A stretch of DNA of 64,000 nucleotides from Casimicrobiaceae bacterium (GCA_035499955.1 DATJXV010000011.1:11277-75276), one strand, 5' to 3'; shown: positions 1-9,414, counted from the first letter of the stretch. Translations and numbers: made by a program. The notes: a model not told the origin generated them from the letters alone.

Positions 1-803
1 GTGCCGCACGCCATGGCCTCGAGCATGACCAGGCCGAAGGTATCGGTGCGGCTCGGAAAGACGAAGACGTCGGCTTGCCGGTAGCGCCACGCGAGATCGT
101 CGCCCGTCTTCATGCCGAAGAACACGGCCTCGGGGAAGCGGCGCTGCAGCTGCACTCGCGCCGGGCCGTCGCCGACCACCCACTTCGTTCCCGGAAGGTC
201 GAGCGAAAGGAACGCCTCGATGTTCTTCTCGACCGCGACGCGGCCGGCGTAGAGGAAGATCGGCCGGTCGACCTCGGCCGACTCGCGCGCGCCCGGGCGG
301 AACAAGTCCGTGTCCACCCCGCGCGACCACATCGCGAGGTTTGCGAAGCCGCGCGCGGCGAGCCTGCGCCGGATGTCCTCGGTCGCCACCATGAGCGAGC
401 GCGACGGCGAGTGGAACCAGCGCATGAAGCGGTACGTGATGCCCAGCGGCAGGCGGGTGCGCGCGTGCACGTACTCCGGGAATTGGGTGTGATACGCCGT
501 CGTGAACGGCCGCCCCGAACGCAGGCAATGCGCGCGCGCGGCGAGCCCGAGCGGGCCTTCCGTGGCGATGTGGATCGCCTGCGGCGCGAAGGCCTCGATC
601 GTGTCGGCCACCTTGACGCCGGGCCACAGCGACAGGCGGATCTCGGGGTAGGTGGGACACGGGATCGTGCGGAATCCCTCCGGCGTGAGGGTCGCCACGT
701 CGTGCCCGGCGCGCGCGAGCTCGCGCAGGGTATTGCGCAGGGTGACCACCACGCCGTTGATCTGCGGCGACCAGGCATCGGACACGATCAGGATGCGAAG
801 CAT
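1..803 (-). CDS. GT4-family glycosyltransferase, probable glucosyl/glucuronosyl-diacylglycerol synthase (Agt-like); 3' end outside window
   Basis: Own translation from ATG at 803: MLRILIVSDAWSPQINGVV...HIATEGPLG...TAYHTQFPEY...LYAGRVAVEKN...FPSRTDTFGLVMLEAMACG (GT4 motifs). Not in the ORF track because it runs off the window. Overlaps the stop of the upstream phosphoesterase. Confidence 0.88.
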   Translation of the reverse strand, partial: MLRILIVSDAWSPQINGVVVTLRNTLRELARAGHDVATLTPEGFRTIPCPTYPEIRLSLWPGVKVADTIEAFAPQAIHIATEGPLGLAARAHCLRSGRPFTTAYHTQFPEYVHARTRLPLGITYRFMRWFHSPSRSLMVATEDIRRRLAARGFANLAMWSRGVDTDLFRPGARESAEVDRPIFLYAGRVAVEKNIEAFLSLDLPGTKWVVGDGPARVQLQRRFPEAVFFGMKTGDDLAWRYRQADVFVFPSRTDTFGLVMLEAMACG

Positions 804-1636
804 TCGGCCTCCGTCATGACGTCCGCCCAGCGGATCACCGCAAGCGTGCCGTCGTGCGCCTCGGCGATCGCGGTGAGGCTTTCGACCCAGTCGCCGGCGT
901 TGCAGTACAGCACGGGACCGATCGCGCGCACCTCGGCGTAGTGGATGTGGCCGCAGACGACGCCGTCGAAGCCGCGGCTGCGCGCCTCGCGCGCGAGGGC
1001 GTCCTCGAACGCCGTGATGTAGGTCACCGCGTTCTTGACCTTGAGCTTGAGGAATTGCGACAGCGACCAGTAGGGCAGGCCGAGCCGTGCCCGCATGGCG
1101 TTGAAATGCTGGTTGAGCTTGAGGATGAGCGTGTACAGCTGATCGCCCAGCAGCGCGAGCCAGCGCGCGTAGGTGACCACGCCGTCGAAGCGGTCGCCGT
1201 GGGTGACGAGCAGCCGCAGCCCCTTGCGCGTGACGTGGACCGCCTCCTCGCGGATCTGGATGCCGCCCAGGTCCACGCCGAGGTAATGGCGCGCCGCCTC
1301 GTCGTGGTTGCCCGGGATGTAGATGACGCGCGTGCCCTTGCGCGCCTTGCGCAGCACCTTCTGCACGACGTCGTTGTGCAGCTGATGCCAGTACCACTTC
1401 CGACGCAGCTGCCAGCCGTCGACGATGTCGCCCACGAGGTAGAGGTATTCGGAATCGGTCGCGCGCAGGAACTCGAGCAGGGCGCCGGCCTGGCAGCCGG
1501 GCGTGCCGAGATGGCAGTCGGAGATGAAAATCGAGCGGTAGCGCGCCTTGCCGTGGCCGTCGTCCTCGGGTGTGTCGAGGGGCGACGGCGCCGGCGCGGA
1601 GTTCTTTTCACGTACTTCGGCAAGTGGCAACGGCAT
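788..1636 (-). CDS. UDP-2,3-diacylglucosamine diphosphatase-like metallophosphoesterase (PlcP/LpxH family)
   Basis: Motifs ISDCHLG, LVGDIVDGW, PGNHDE, THGDRFD, CGHIH, NAGDWVES. Start placed at ATG 1636 (MPLPL...); the ORF track extends to 1708. Pairing with a GT4 matches the known plcP-agt arrangement. Confidence 0.85.
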   Translation of the reverse strand: MPLPLAEVREKNSAPAPSPLDTPEDDGHGKARYRSIFISDCHLGTPGCQAGALLEFLRATDSEYLYLVGDIVDGWQLRRKWYWHQLHNDVVQKVLRKARKGTRVIYIPGNHDEAARHYLGVDLGGIQIREEAVHVTRKGLRLLVTHGDRFDGVVTYARWLALLGDQLYTLILKLNQHFNAMRARLGLPYWSLSQFLKLKVKNAVTYITAFEDALAREARSRGFDGVVCGHIHYAEVRAIGPVLYCNAGDWVESLTAIAEAHDGTLAVIRWADVMTEAECFAS

Positions 1637-1731
1637 CCCGTTGATCGAGCGAGACACCGCGTGAGCGTAGCGGCCACGTGCGTCATGCATGTTGCGGCCG
1701 GAAGTCACCAGGATGACGGCCGCGCGTACCG

Positions 1732-1765
1732 CTGTAACGTTGCTGTCACGAGCGCGCGCTAGTTT
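1732..1765 (+). promoter_or_regulatory. Pho box (PhoB-type) plus -10 hexamer
   Basis: CTGTAAC-GTTG-CTGTCAC at 1732-1749 (11-bp periodic half-sites), 10-bp spacer, TAGTTT at 1760-1765, ATG at 1773. Confidence 0.65.
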
Positions 1766-1772
1766 CCCTCCG

Positions 1773-2129
1773 ATGCTTGCCCGCCGTCACGCCGCGCCGA
1801 TCATTGACGCAGTACCCGATCGCTTCCGCGGAACCATCCAGCGCTGGTCGGTCGAGACCGGCCCGCTCGCGGGTACGGTGTGCGACCTCGCGTTCAACGA
1901 GGACTGGTCGCTGACGTGGCGCGTGATCGCGGGGCTCGCTCAAGGCGACGCGGGCCGCGCCCGCCGCTTCGACGTGCAGCCTGTGCGCGTGCAGCTTTTC
2001 ATCGTGTCGTTCCCGATCGCCGGCGAGGTGCTCACCGTGACGGTCGATTTCGCGAGCCGCCGCTTCGTGGGCTTTCGTACCGGCGCTGCTGATTGCCTGC
2101 CGGTCGAAGGCTCGATCCGAGTCCTGTAG
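1773..2129 (+). CDS. Small hypothetical beta-rich protein (118 aa), loosely MoaF-N/phenolic-acid-decarboxylase-like
   Basis: In frame with ORF 1689..2129. Segment WSVETGPLAG...LTWRVIAG...FIVSF resembles the MoaF-type barrel. Start supported by promoter geometry. Confidence 0.5.
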   Translation: MLARRHAAPIIDAVPDRFRGTIQRWSVETGPLAGTVCDLAFNEDWSLTWRVIAGLAQGDAGRARRFDVQPVRVQLFIVSFPIAGEVLTVTVDFASRRFVGFRTGAADCLPVEGSIRVL

Positions 2130-2134
2130 GCATC

Positions 2135-2830
2135 CTAGCCCGCGAACAGCTTCTCGACGTCGCCCCGTTGCTCGGCGCAATCCACGACCGGCCCGTGCGC
2201 GGGAATGAGGAAGTCCGGCGGATCGCGCGCGACCTCGGCCGCGAGCCAACGCTTGAGCGCGCGCCTGTCCTGCACCATGAACAGCGAGGCGAGGTTGTTG
2301 AAACGCAGGCCGGGGCCGCTGCTGCTGAGGGCGAAAAGCGCGCGCGCGACCGGATTGCGCGGCATCGCCTCGAAGTTCAGCACGACGTCGGTGACGTACC
2401 AGGCGCACCCGCGCGACGTGCGCATCTTCACGAGCGTCTCGCCGGTCTTGTAGTGCGGCAGGTCGACGAACGCGACCCCGGCGCCGGCGATCTTCATGTC
2501 CTCGCCGATCGGCAGGATCGGCGACAGGCCGGTCTTGGCCTGCACGCGCGCGATCGATTGCGCGGGCGCGTAGAGCACGGCGTCCGGGTAGCGCCGCTTC
2601 CACTCGGGAAGACCCAGGTAATGGAAGGCGTTCGAAGCCACGAGCGCCCTGACCGGCCCGTGGCGCGCGAGCTCGTCGAACACGCCGTCCGCGACGCGCC
2701 ACGGCGGGCTCGCGACCGCGAGGCCCCCATCCACGCCGACGGCGAGCGCGTTGGCAAGGCCGGGTCCGAACGAGTAGGCGAAGGTGAGGACGGGCAGCTT
2801 CGCGTCGAAGACGATCCAGGTGCCGGGCAT
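2135..2830 (-). CDS. DUF4336-like metallo-beta-lactamase-fold protein
   Basis: ALVASNAFHYLGLPEWKRRYPDAVLYAP and LIPAHG motifs; 231 aa. Confidence 0.6.
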   Translation of the reverse strand: MPGTWIVFDAKLPVLTFAYSFGPGLANALAVGVDGGLAVASPPWRVADGVFDELARHGPVRALVASNAFHYLGLPEWKRRYPDAVLYAPAQSIARVQAKTGLSPILPIGEDMKIAGAGVAFVDLPHYKTGETLVKMRTSRGCAWYVTDVVLNFEAMPRNPVARALFALSSSGPGLRFNNLASLFMVQDRRALKRWLAAEVARDPPDFLIPAHGPVVDCAEQRGDVEKLFAG

Positions 2831-2854
2831 GATTGATGCAACGCGGGTCTGGAG

Positions 2855-5800
2855 TTATTGCACGTTGATGGGCGTAGTGTTAACGAGGCACACCCAGCAC
2901 TGTCCGTTTGCCGCCGACTCGATCAGCGTGGAGTACGTGTTCAGGTGAGGAGCCTGCGAGTCAGCCGGTGCATACCGCGCGCTTCCATCGGACATCTGAA
3001 CGAGCCTCGAGATCTGGAAATGGCCGTTGGGCGTCGTACTGAAGTTGGTCCAGTTCAGATCGTTGCTCAGGATCGTGACGGGTGGGCCGCTGGTGATACT
3101 GGGCGCCTCGAAATAGATTCCCTGAAAAGCTTTGCCTGAGGTTGTCCATCCCTGATTGACGGTGACGCCATTCAAGTCGAGGGCGGCCCCCGCCTTGAGC
3201 ACGATACCGCCGGGAAACGCAAAATCGCGCGCCATCCCGTCATCGTGAAGCTTGAGATTGCCGGTCGCCTGGACGATCATGCTTCCACCCCCGAACGACG
3301 GCTCTCCCGTCCCCGCCGGACGCACACCGCCGGATGGGATAGGCGCGCTGTTGTTCGGGAACATCGCGCCCGCCGGCCAATACGACGGCATCCACACCTC
3401 CGTGTTGCCGTTGACCTTCGCGTTGAGCACCTGGGGCGCGGTCCCGTAGAGGTTCAGAATGAGCCCGACATCGGCTCCCGTGGCCGGGTAGAGCTGAATG
3501 CCGTTGGAAAGGTAGTGCGAGCCGTTGACCGGATTGTTCGTGTACCCGAACGTCGACAGCGAGATCGTATTGCCTCGGAACTGCCCCGCTCCGTGAATGG
3601 CACCCGCGAGCAGCACGAGACCGTTCCCGCCGTCGAGCACTCCATCGTTGAGCAATTGAGCGCCCACGGCCGTGGTAACGCCCAAGGTGTCGACTTGCAG
3701 GCCGGCAGCGGCCGCAATCCGACCCGAGGAGGTGACCGTCACTCCGTTCGGATTCTTGACGACGAGTTGGGGCGCCGCGATCGATCCGCTGCCCTGCGCC
3801 TGGATGATCCCGTGAATCGAGCCCGGCGTGCCGCTCGTGTCGCTGAGCGATACGGTTTGACCAGCGGCGCCCGACTTGATCGTCAGCGTGTTGCCGCTTC
3901 CGAGATTGAGGCCCTGGAAATCGATTTCCGCGACCGAGCCCGCATTGCCCGGCGTGCTTCCGAGCTGTACCACGACATTCGGCTGAGGATTGGACATCGT
4001 GTTGCCGACCAGATCGGCGCCCTGCACAGTAATGGCGCCGTACGCATTGGTAGCGATGGTGCCCGTCCCCAGTGTCATGGGAGTGACCGTCAGATCGGCC
4101 CACCAGGCATGGTCGCAACTGAAGTCTCCGGCCGAATCGGTAACGAGCTGGAGCAGGATGTTCTTGCCTTGCCAACCGGAAACGTCGAGCGCTCCCGGAT
4201 GCCAGCCGCTCGCGGCTGGCTGAAACTGCGTCCAGTAGGCGAGGCCGTTGATGCGGACCTCGAAGCGCACACCCGACGTGCACGTCGCGGAATCGGCCAG
4301 CGCCGCAGACCAGGACAATCGCTGGTCGCCTGCGGGAATCGCCAGCACCCAGGACAGAATCGTGCGGCCATAGTCTGGCGGATGCGCGAATATCGCGTTC
4401 TGCCTTGCCGTGCCGGCCGAGATTGCGCTCGCGACGCTGCCGGAGCCGAAAATCGTCCCCGGTAGGGGCAGTTCGTTTTCACTCCCGAGCCAAGTGACGA
4501 AGGGGAGCGTCGCGAGATTCACGCCGCTCACGTTCGAGCCCGCCGCGAGAATCAGCGCGAACAGTCCCGGTACCGAGACGTTGTCGACCCGTAGCGCCCC
4601 GGGCCCGGCGTTTGAGAGCGCGCCGCTGCCGAAGAATCCCGACGGCGTCGCGCCGGGCCCCAGCACGAACGGAACCGATACCGTCAGCGGGCCCGTCGAC
4701 GACAACGCGAGGGCGCTGAAATACGCCCAATCGCACCCGGCGTTGCTGGCGGGCCCGGGATTGGTGACGATGCGCAACCGGACGGTCGTACCCGCATACG
4801 CGGAAAGGTCCACGCGGCCGTCCGTCCACCCCTGATGCAGCACGTTTTGCCGCCAAGCTTCGGTGCCGTTCACCGCCACACGAAACGTGACGCCGTCGGT
4901 GCAGGTAGCGCCGTCGTCCACGCCGACGGAAAACGTGAACGCCGTGGACGGGGGCACCGGCAAGCTCCACTCGACGAACGTTTCTCCTCCGGCATGGCCC
5001 TGCGCATACGGCGGATGCATGAAGATTCCCTGGCGGGCCACGCCCGCGACCGTTGCGGTGCCGACCGTGACGGTCGCGCCGAATCCAACCGGACCATCGA
5101 TGCCGTTTTCGTTCGTGCCGACCGTGGCCGCCCACAAGTTGGCGATGAAATCGTACGACGGCGCGGGAGCGAGCTGAATGAGGGCGAAGTTGGACGAGAT
5201 CATGCTCTGCGCGCCGATCTCGACCGTAGACGGCAGGCTGGAGACGTGCGACGTAGTGGGGCGCGGAACCGTGTCCAGCCAATACTGCTTGGTAGGATCG
5301 AGCCCGTAGATGCGCGTCGAGTCGAATGCCGGCCAACCGAGGGCGTAGCTCGCCGTATCGACCTGCGCCGCGTCGTGCGCGCGCTGGTAAACCGGCGCGC
5401 CGCCGCTGCTCACGCCGACCAGGCTTCCGGTATCGACAAGGGCCGCGGTCGTGGTGGAGCCGGGGGCGGCCTTGTAGGGAATGAGGACGCCGTTCCAGGA
5501 TCCGGTCCAATCCGGCTGGAATCCGTTGGCCTGCCACGATTGCAGCCATCTCAATAGGCGCGCGTTGTCGGCGTTGGCGAGGTCCAGGTCGTTCTGGCCC
5601 TCGATGGACAACGTCGGCAGGATGGCCTGCCGCTCGAGCTGTGACACGAACCCCTTCAGTGCCGGATCGGTGGCAAAGGGCTGGCCAAGATGGCCGTAGT
5701 ACTGCATGCGGCCGCTGCCTTGGCTGTTCCAGAGGAAGTTGACGATCGGATGACCCGGGGGGCGGCCCGGACCCCAGATATCGCCCACCCACCAATTCTG

Positions 5801-7240
5801 GGCGAACGCGTTATAGCGGTAGATCACGTCATTCATGCCTTCGCCCCCGAGGGCCAGGCCGGGGAAGGCGGCGAGCAGGTCCTTGTGCAACTGCGCGGAC
5901 CCCTGCGGATAGCTCATCCCCTCGATGGCACCGTTCCCATCGCTGTACATCGGGCCCGAGATATCGAGATGGAGCGCGTCGGGCTGGATCGCCGCCATGG
6001 CGGCGCCCACCCGTTGCACGAACAGGTTGCGGTAGACGGACGAAGCCGGATTGATGTACGCGAAGCGAGTGGGCTCGGTCGGCGGATAGTCCCAGTGCCA
6101 ACCCATCGGCGAGAGCGACCGCGGATCCTTGAGTTGCCACGATTGCACGGAAGCAAAGTCGGGATTGCTCGGCGTGACGCCGATTAGGTCGGTGTGCAGC
6201 ATGACCTTGAAACCGAGTGAATGCGCCTTGGCGACAAAAGTCGCCACTCCGGGAGATGCCGTGTAGTCCGGATAGTTGTGATCGTATCCGGCCTGGCGCC
6301 AGCCGACGAGGTAGATCAGCGTCTGCGAGGGCGTGAGCACCGTCGCGAGGGAGTCGAGCAGGCTCGCATCGTTGCTGTAGGAGGTCACCACGGCTCGAAT
6401 CTGCTGAACCCAGGCAGGACTCGCGTTGGCCGGGCGCGGACGATTCGCGGCGAGCCAATCGCGGTAGACCGCAGCCGCGGTTCTCCAGTCGCCGGAAAAC
6501 ATCTTGAGCCGCCACTCGACGGTTGGTACCGACGTGGCGTCGGGCCATGGCCCGATCGCGTCCGTCGCAATCGAAAGGTCCAGGGTCGAGCTCGTCCGGC
6601 TGGCAATGCGCAGTTGCTTGAACAGGTACAGCGGATCCGTGGAATAGAGGACCATGCTGCCGGCGGACGTCTCGTACACGAACATCTGCGCCGTCCAGTC
6701 TTCCGGGTAGCGAGTCGAGGCGCTGTACATCCGATGCTGCCGGTCGATGACGACCCCCGTACTTGCGGGAACGATCAGCCGGCCCGCATCCAGGTCGAGA
6801 CCGCCAATGCCCCAATAGGCCGCGGTGACGCCCGCCTGCGTCGCCTGTCCAGACATCTTGATCACGATTTCCTGGCTCGCGGCGTCGACGCTTACCGCCA
6901 AGGTCACCGAACGAATGGAATCCTGCACCGTCAACGAGGCGACGGTCGTGCCGTTCTGCACGCTCGTCGTCCAATCGGACGCAGCTACGAGTTGGCCGGG
7001 ACCCGCGAGGGTTTCGAGATTTGCGAGCGGCGAAGACGGCGCCAGCCTCAAGTACGACTCGCCCGTGGCGGTGTTGGTCAGGCCGGCCAGGTCCGGGCCT
7101 TGAAAAGTCGCGACGGCGTTGGCGGTGGTGACGGTCAACGCCTGTCCCGATGCCACGATCTGCGCGTGCGCCGGGGAGAAGAGAACGAGCAAGGACAACG
7201 ATGCGCAGGCGCAGTACGACCAGCCGTATCGCAACTTCAT
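2855..7240 (-). CDS. Large secreted multidomain protein (1461 aa): signal peptide, DUF6259-like GH TIM barrel, two NPCBM/CBM-like modules, Gly/Asn/Thr-rich C-terminal domain
   Basis: GGAGG SD upstream of ATG 7240 (MKLRYG...SPAHA/Q). GWRQAGYDHNYPDY, GFKVMLH and PDALHLDISG segments; two repeats of the HPP...DGVTFRV/GVRFEV...W...VDLS...CDxA pattern. The first 170 aa of the ORF-track call are shadow of the cyclase. Confidence 0.75.
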   Translation of the reverse strand: MKLRYGWSYCACASLSLLVLFSPAHAQIVASGQALTVTTANAVATFQGPDLAGLTNTATGESYLRLAPSSPLANLETLAGPGQLVAASDWTTSVQNGTTVASLTVQDSIRSVTLAVSVDAASQEIVIKMSGQATQAGVTAAYWGIGGLDLDAGRLIVPASTGVVIDRQHRMYSASTRYPEDWTAQMFVYETSAGSMVLYSTDPLYLFKQLRIASRTSSTLDLSIATDAIGPWPDATSVPTVEWRLKMFSGDWRTAAAVYRDWLAANRPRPANASPAWVQQIRAVVTSYSNDASLLDSLATVLTPSQTLIYLVGWRQAGYDHNYPDYTASPGVATFVAKAHSLGFKVMLHTDLIGVTPSNPDFASVQSWQLKDPRSLSPMGWHWDYPPTEPTRFAYINPASSVYRNLFVQRVGAAMAAIQPDALHLDISGPMYSDGNGAIEGMSYPQGSAQLHKDLLAAFPGLALGGEGMNDVIYRYNAFAQNWWVGDIWGPGRPPGHPIVNFLWNSQGSGRMQYYGHLGQPFATDPALKGFVSQLERQAILPTLSIEGQNDLDLANADNARLLRWLQSWQANGFQPDWTGSWNGVLIPYKAAPGSTTTAALVDTGSLVGVSSGGAPVYQRAHDAAQVDTASYALGWPAFDSTRIYGLDPTKQYWLDTVPRPTTSHVSSLPSTVEIGAQSMISSNFALIQLAPAPSYDFIANLWAATVGTNENGIDGPVGFGATVTVGTATVAGVARQGIFMHPPYAQGHAGGETFVEWSLPVPPSTAFTFSVGVDDGATCTDGVTFRVAVNGTEAWRQNVLHQGWTDGRVDLSAYAGTTVRLRIVTNPGPASNAGCDWAYFSALALSSTGPLTVSVPFVLGPGATPSGFFGSGALSNAGPGALRVDNVSVPGLFALILAAGSNVSGVNLATLPFVTWLGSENELPLPGTIFGSGSVASAISAGTARQNAIFAHPPDYGRTILSWVLAIPAGDQRLSWSAALADSATCTSGVRFEVRINGLAYWTQFQPAASGWHPGALDVSGWQGKNILLQLVTDSAGDFSCDHAWWADLTVTPMTLGTGTIATNAYGAITVQGADLVGNTMSNPQPNVVVQLGSTPGNAGSVAEIDFQGLNLGSGNTLTIKSGAAGQTVSLSDTSGTPGSIHGIIQAQGSGSIAAPQLVVKNPNGVTVTSSGRIAAAAGLQVDTLGVTTAVGAQLLNDGVLDGGNGLVLLAGAIHGAGQFRGNTISLSTFGYTNNPVNGSHYLSNGIQLYPATGADVGLILNLYGTAPQVLNAKVNGNTEVWMPSYWPAGAMFPNNSAPIPSGGVRPAGTGEPSFGGGSMIVQATGNLKLHDDGMARDFAFPGGIVLKAGAALDLNGVTVNQGWTTSGKAFQGIYFEAPSITSGPPVTILSNDLNWTNFSTTPNGHFQISRLVQMSDGSARYAPADSQAPHLNTYSTLIESAANGQCWVCLVNTTPINVQ

Positions 7241-7266
7241 CGAAGCCTCCGCGCTGTTCGTCGAGC

Positions 7267-9303
7267 CTAGTCCTTCAACCGGTGCGCGGCTTCCAGCAGC
7301 AGCCGCCGCGCCTCCGCGCGCTGCGTGCCCGTGAGCCTGCGCTGATCGATCACGAGCAGAAGGCCATCCTGCTCCTGCCGGATGACGCGGCCTTCGCCGC
7401 TCGCGTCGTGCAGGCCGACAACGCGATGCGTGCGCACGGGCTTCGGGAAGCCCTTGACCGTGATCGTCCCCGTTTCCTCGGTAATCACTTCGTCCTTGAC
7501 CAGGGCGTAGGTCTCGTGCGCGAGCAGGATGCCGCCCAGGTCGGCGTGCTGCTGCAGCCGCGAGGCGAGGTTCACCTCGTTGCCGATGATCGTGTAGTCG
7601 ACGCGCTCGTTGCTGCCGAAATTGCCCACGGTGCAGAAGCCGGTGTTGATGCCGATGCGCAGCTGGAACACGTTCTCCTGTCCGCGCTCGCGCCATTCCG
7701 CCTGCAGGTCGCGCATGCGCTGCTGCATCGCGATGGCCATCCGCACGCACGCGGTGGCGTCCTCGCGCGGGCCGCGCGTCTCGGGGTCGCCGAAGAAAAG
7801 CATGATGGCGTCGCCGATGAACTTGTCGATGGTCGCGCCGTATTCGAGCGCGATCGACGACATCTCGCGCAGGTACTGGTTGAGCAGGATGGTGAGCTCC
7901 TCCGACTCGAGCATGTCGGTCGTCTCGGTGAAGCCCGCGATGTCGGAGAAGAAGATGGTGAGCTTCTTGCGCTGCGCGGCCACCTCGGCCGTCTTCTCGC
8001 CTGTGAATATCGAACGGTAGATCTGCGGCGACAGGTACTTCGACAGCTTGGCCGAAAGCGACTCGAGCATCCGGTTCTTCTCGCGCGCCTGGCGGTTCGC
8101 CTCCTCGGTCTGCGCCACCGCGTCGCGCAGCTTCGCCTCGGCGCTCTTGAGCTCCGTGATATCGCTCATCGCCGTCACGGTGCCGCCGTCGGCGGCGCGC
8201 CGCCGCGCGATGCGATAGACGCGGCCGTCAGGTGTGCGGTCCTCGAAGGCCACGCCGGTCGGGTTGCACAGGCTCTCGACGCGCTGGGCCACGTGATCGT
8301 CGACATCGCCCTCGCCATAGTAGCCGTGCTCGGCGAGGTAGCGCAGGAGCGCGGGGTAAGGTTGCCCCGGCTGCAAGAGCTCCGGTGGAACGGGATACCA
8401 TTCCGCGAAGCGTCCGTTGCAAATCACGATGTCGAGATTCGCGTCGGTGTACACGAGAGCCCCCGGCATGTTGTCGAGCGCGCCGTGCAGAATCGCCTCC
8501 TTGCGCGCAAGCGCCGCCTCCGCCCGCTTGAAGTCGGTGATGTCGGTGATGACCGTGACCGTCCCCCCGCCGTCGGCGCGCCGGCGCAGCACGCGGTAGA
8601 CGCGACCGTCCGGCGTGCGGTCCTCGAGCGTGTGCCCCGTCGGATGGAGCAGGCTCGCAACGCGCTTCGCGACGAGTGCGTCGACGTCGCCCTCTCCGTA
8701 ATAGCCGTGCATGGCGAGCCAGCGCAGGAACTCCGGATAGGGGCGACCGGGCGCGAGGAGCTCCTTCGGTGCCGGGTACATCTCGGCGAATCGCGGGTTG
8801 CGCAATACGATCATGCCGTGCGCGTCGGTGTACGCGAGCGCGCCCGGCATGTTGTCGAGTGCGACGGCAAGCTGCGCTTCCTTCTGGGCGGCCGCGCGCT
8901 CGGCGGCCTTGCGCGCGGTGATGTCCTCGTAGGCGAGGACGAGGCCGTCGTGGACGATCGGCGTGTACCGCACGAGCAGCAACTGGCCCGAGGAGGTGAC
9001 GTGCTCCAGCGAATACGGCTCGCGGCCGCGCGCGCGCGTCAGGCGCGACATCGCGTGCGCCTCGACGTCGCCGGCGCCATAGTCGCCCCGCCGCGCGTTG
9101 TAGCGGTACAACTCGACGATCTCGGTGCCCGGCTTCACCAGCGCGGCCGGGTAGCCGCGGAGCGTGCGGAACGCCTTGTTGCTCGTCACCAGTCGAAGGT
9201 CGCGGTCGAAGATCGCGAAGCCGAACGCGAGCGTATCAAGACCGGCGCGCAGCAGGTGCGCGGCGCGATCACCAGCGGAGCCGATGCGGTTCGCTTCCGG
9301 CAT
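7267..9303 (-). CDS. Soluble class III adenylate cyclase with three PAS-fold (PAS_7-like) repeats
   Basis: FFSDIAGFT, DKFIGDAIM, RIGINTG, DYTIIGNEVNLASRLQ; the Lys and Asp determinants indicate ATP specificity. Three internal repeats (ALDNMPGAL...YLAEHGYYG); no TM helix. Confidence 0.9.
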   Translation of the reverse strand: MPEANRIGSAGDRAAHLLRAGLDTLAFGFAIFDRDLRLVTSNKAFRTLRGYPAALVKPGTEIVELYRYNARRGDYGAGDVEAHAMSRLTRARGREPYSLEHVTSSGQLLLVRYTPIVHDGLVLAYEDITARKAAERAAAQKEAQLAVALDNMPGALAYTDAHGMIVLRNPRFAEMYPAPKELLAPGRPYPEFLRWLAMHGYYGEGDVDALVAKRVASLLHPTGHTLEDRTPDGRVYRVLRRRADGGGTVTVITDITDFKRAEAALARKEAILHGALDNMPGALVYTDANLDIVICNGRFAEWYPVPPELLQPGQPYPALLRYLAEHGYYGEGDVDDHVAQRVESLCNPTGVAFEDRTPDGRVYRIARRRAADGGTVTAMSDITELKSAEAKLRDAVAQTEEANRQAREKNRMLESLSAKLSKYLSPQIYRSIFTGEKTAEVAAQRKKLTIFFSDIAGFTETTDMLESEELTILLNQYLREMSSIALEYGATIDKFIGDAIMLFFGDPETRGPREDATACVRMAIAMQQRMRDLQAEWRERGQENVFQLRIGINTGFCTVGNFGSNERVDYTIIGNEVNLASRLQQHADLGGILLAHETYALVKDEVITEETGTITVKGFPKPVRTHRVVGLHDASGEGRVIRQEQDGLLLVIDQRRLTGTQRAEARRLLLEAAHRLKD

Positions 9304-9414
9304 GGCCGCTTCCTTGGCGCCTATCGTCGTTGGAGATGCGCATGATGCGCCCGCGCATGGCGCCGTTCAATGGGAGCGGCCGGCGGCGCATTCGGACCGT
9401 GCGTACCGGCAGTG

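Noticed and set aside
7241-7750. N-terminal 170 aa of the 1631-aa ORF call
   Set aside because: Overlaps the cyclase gene in another frame and reads as Arg/Ala/Pro-rich shadow. A GGAGG SD and signal peptide define ATG 7240.
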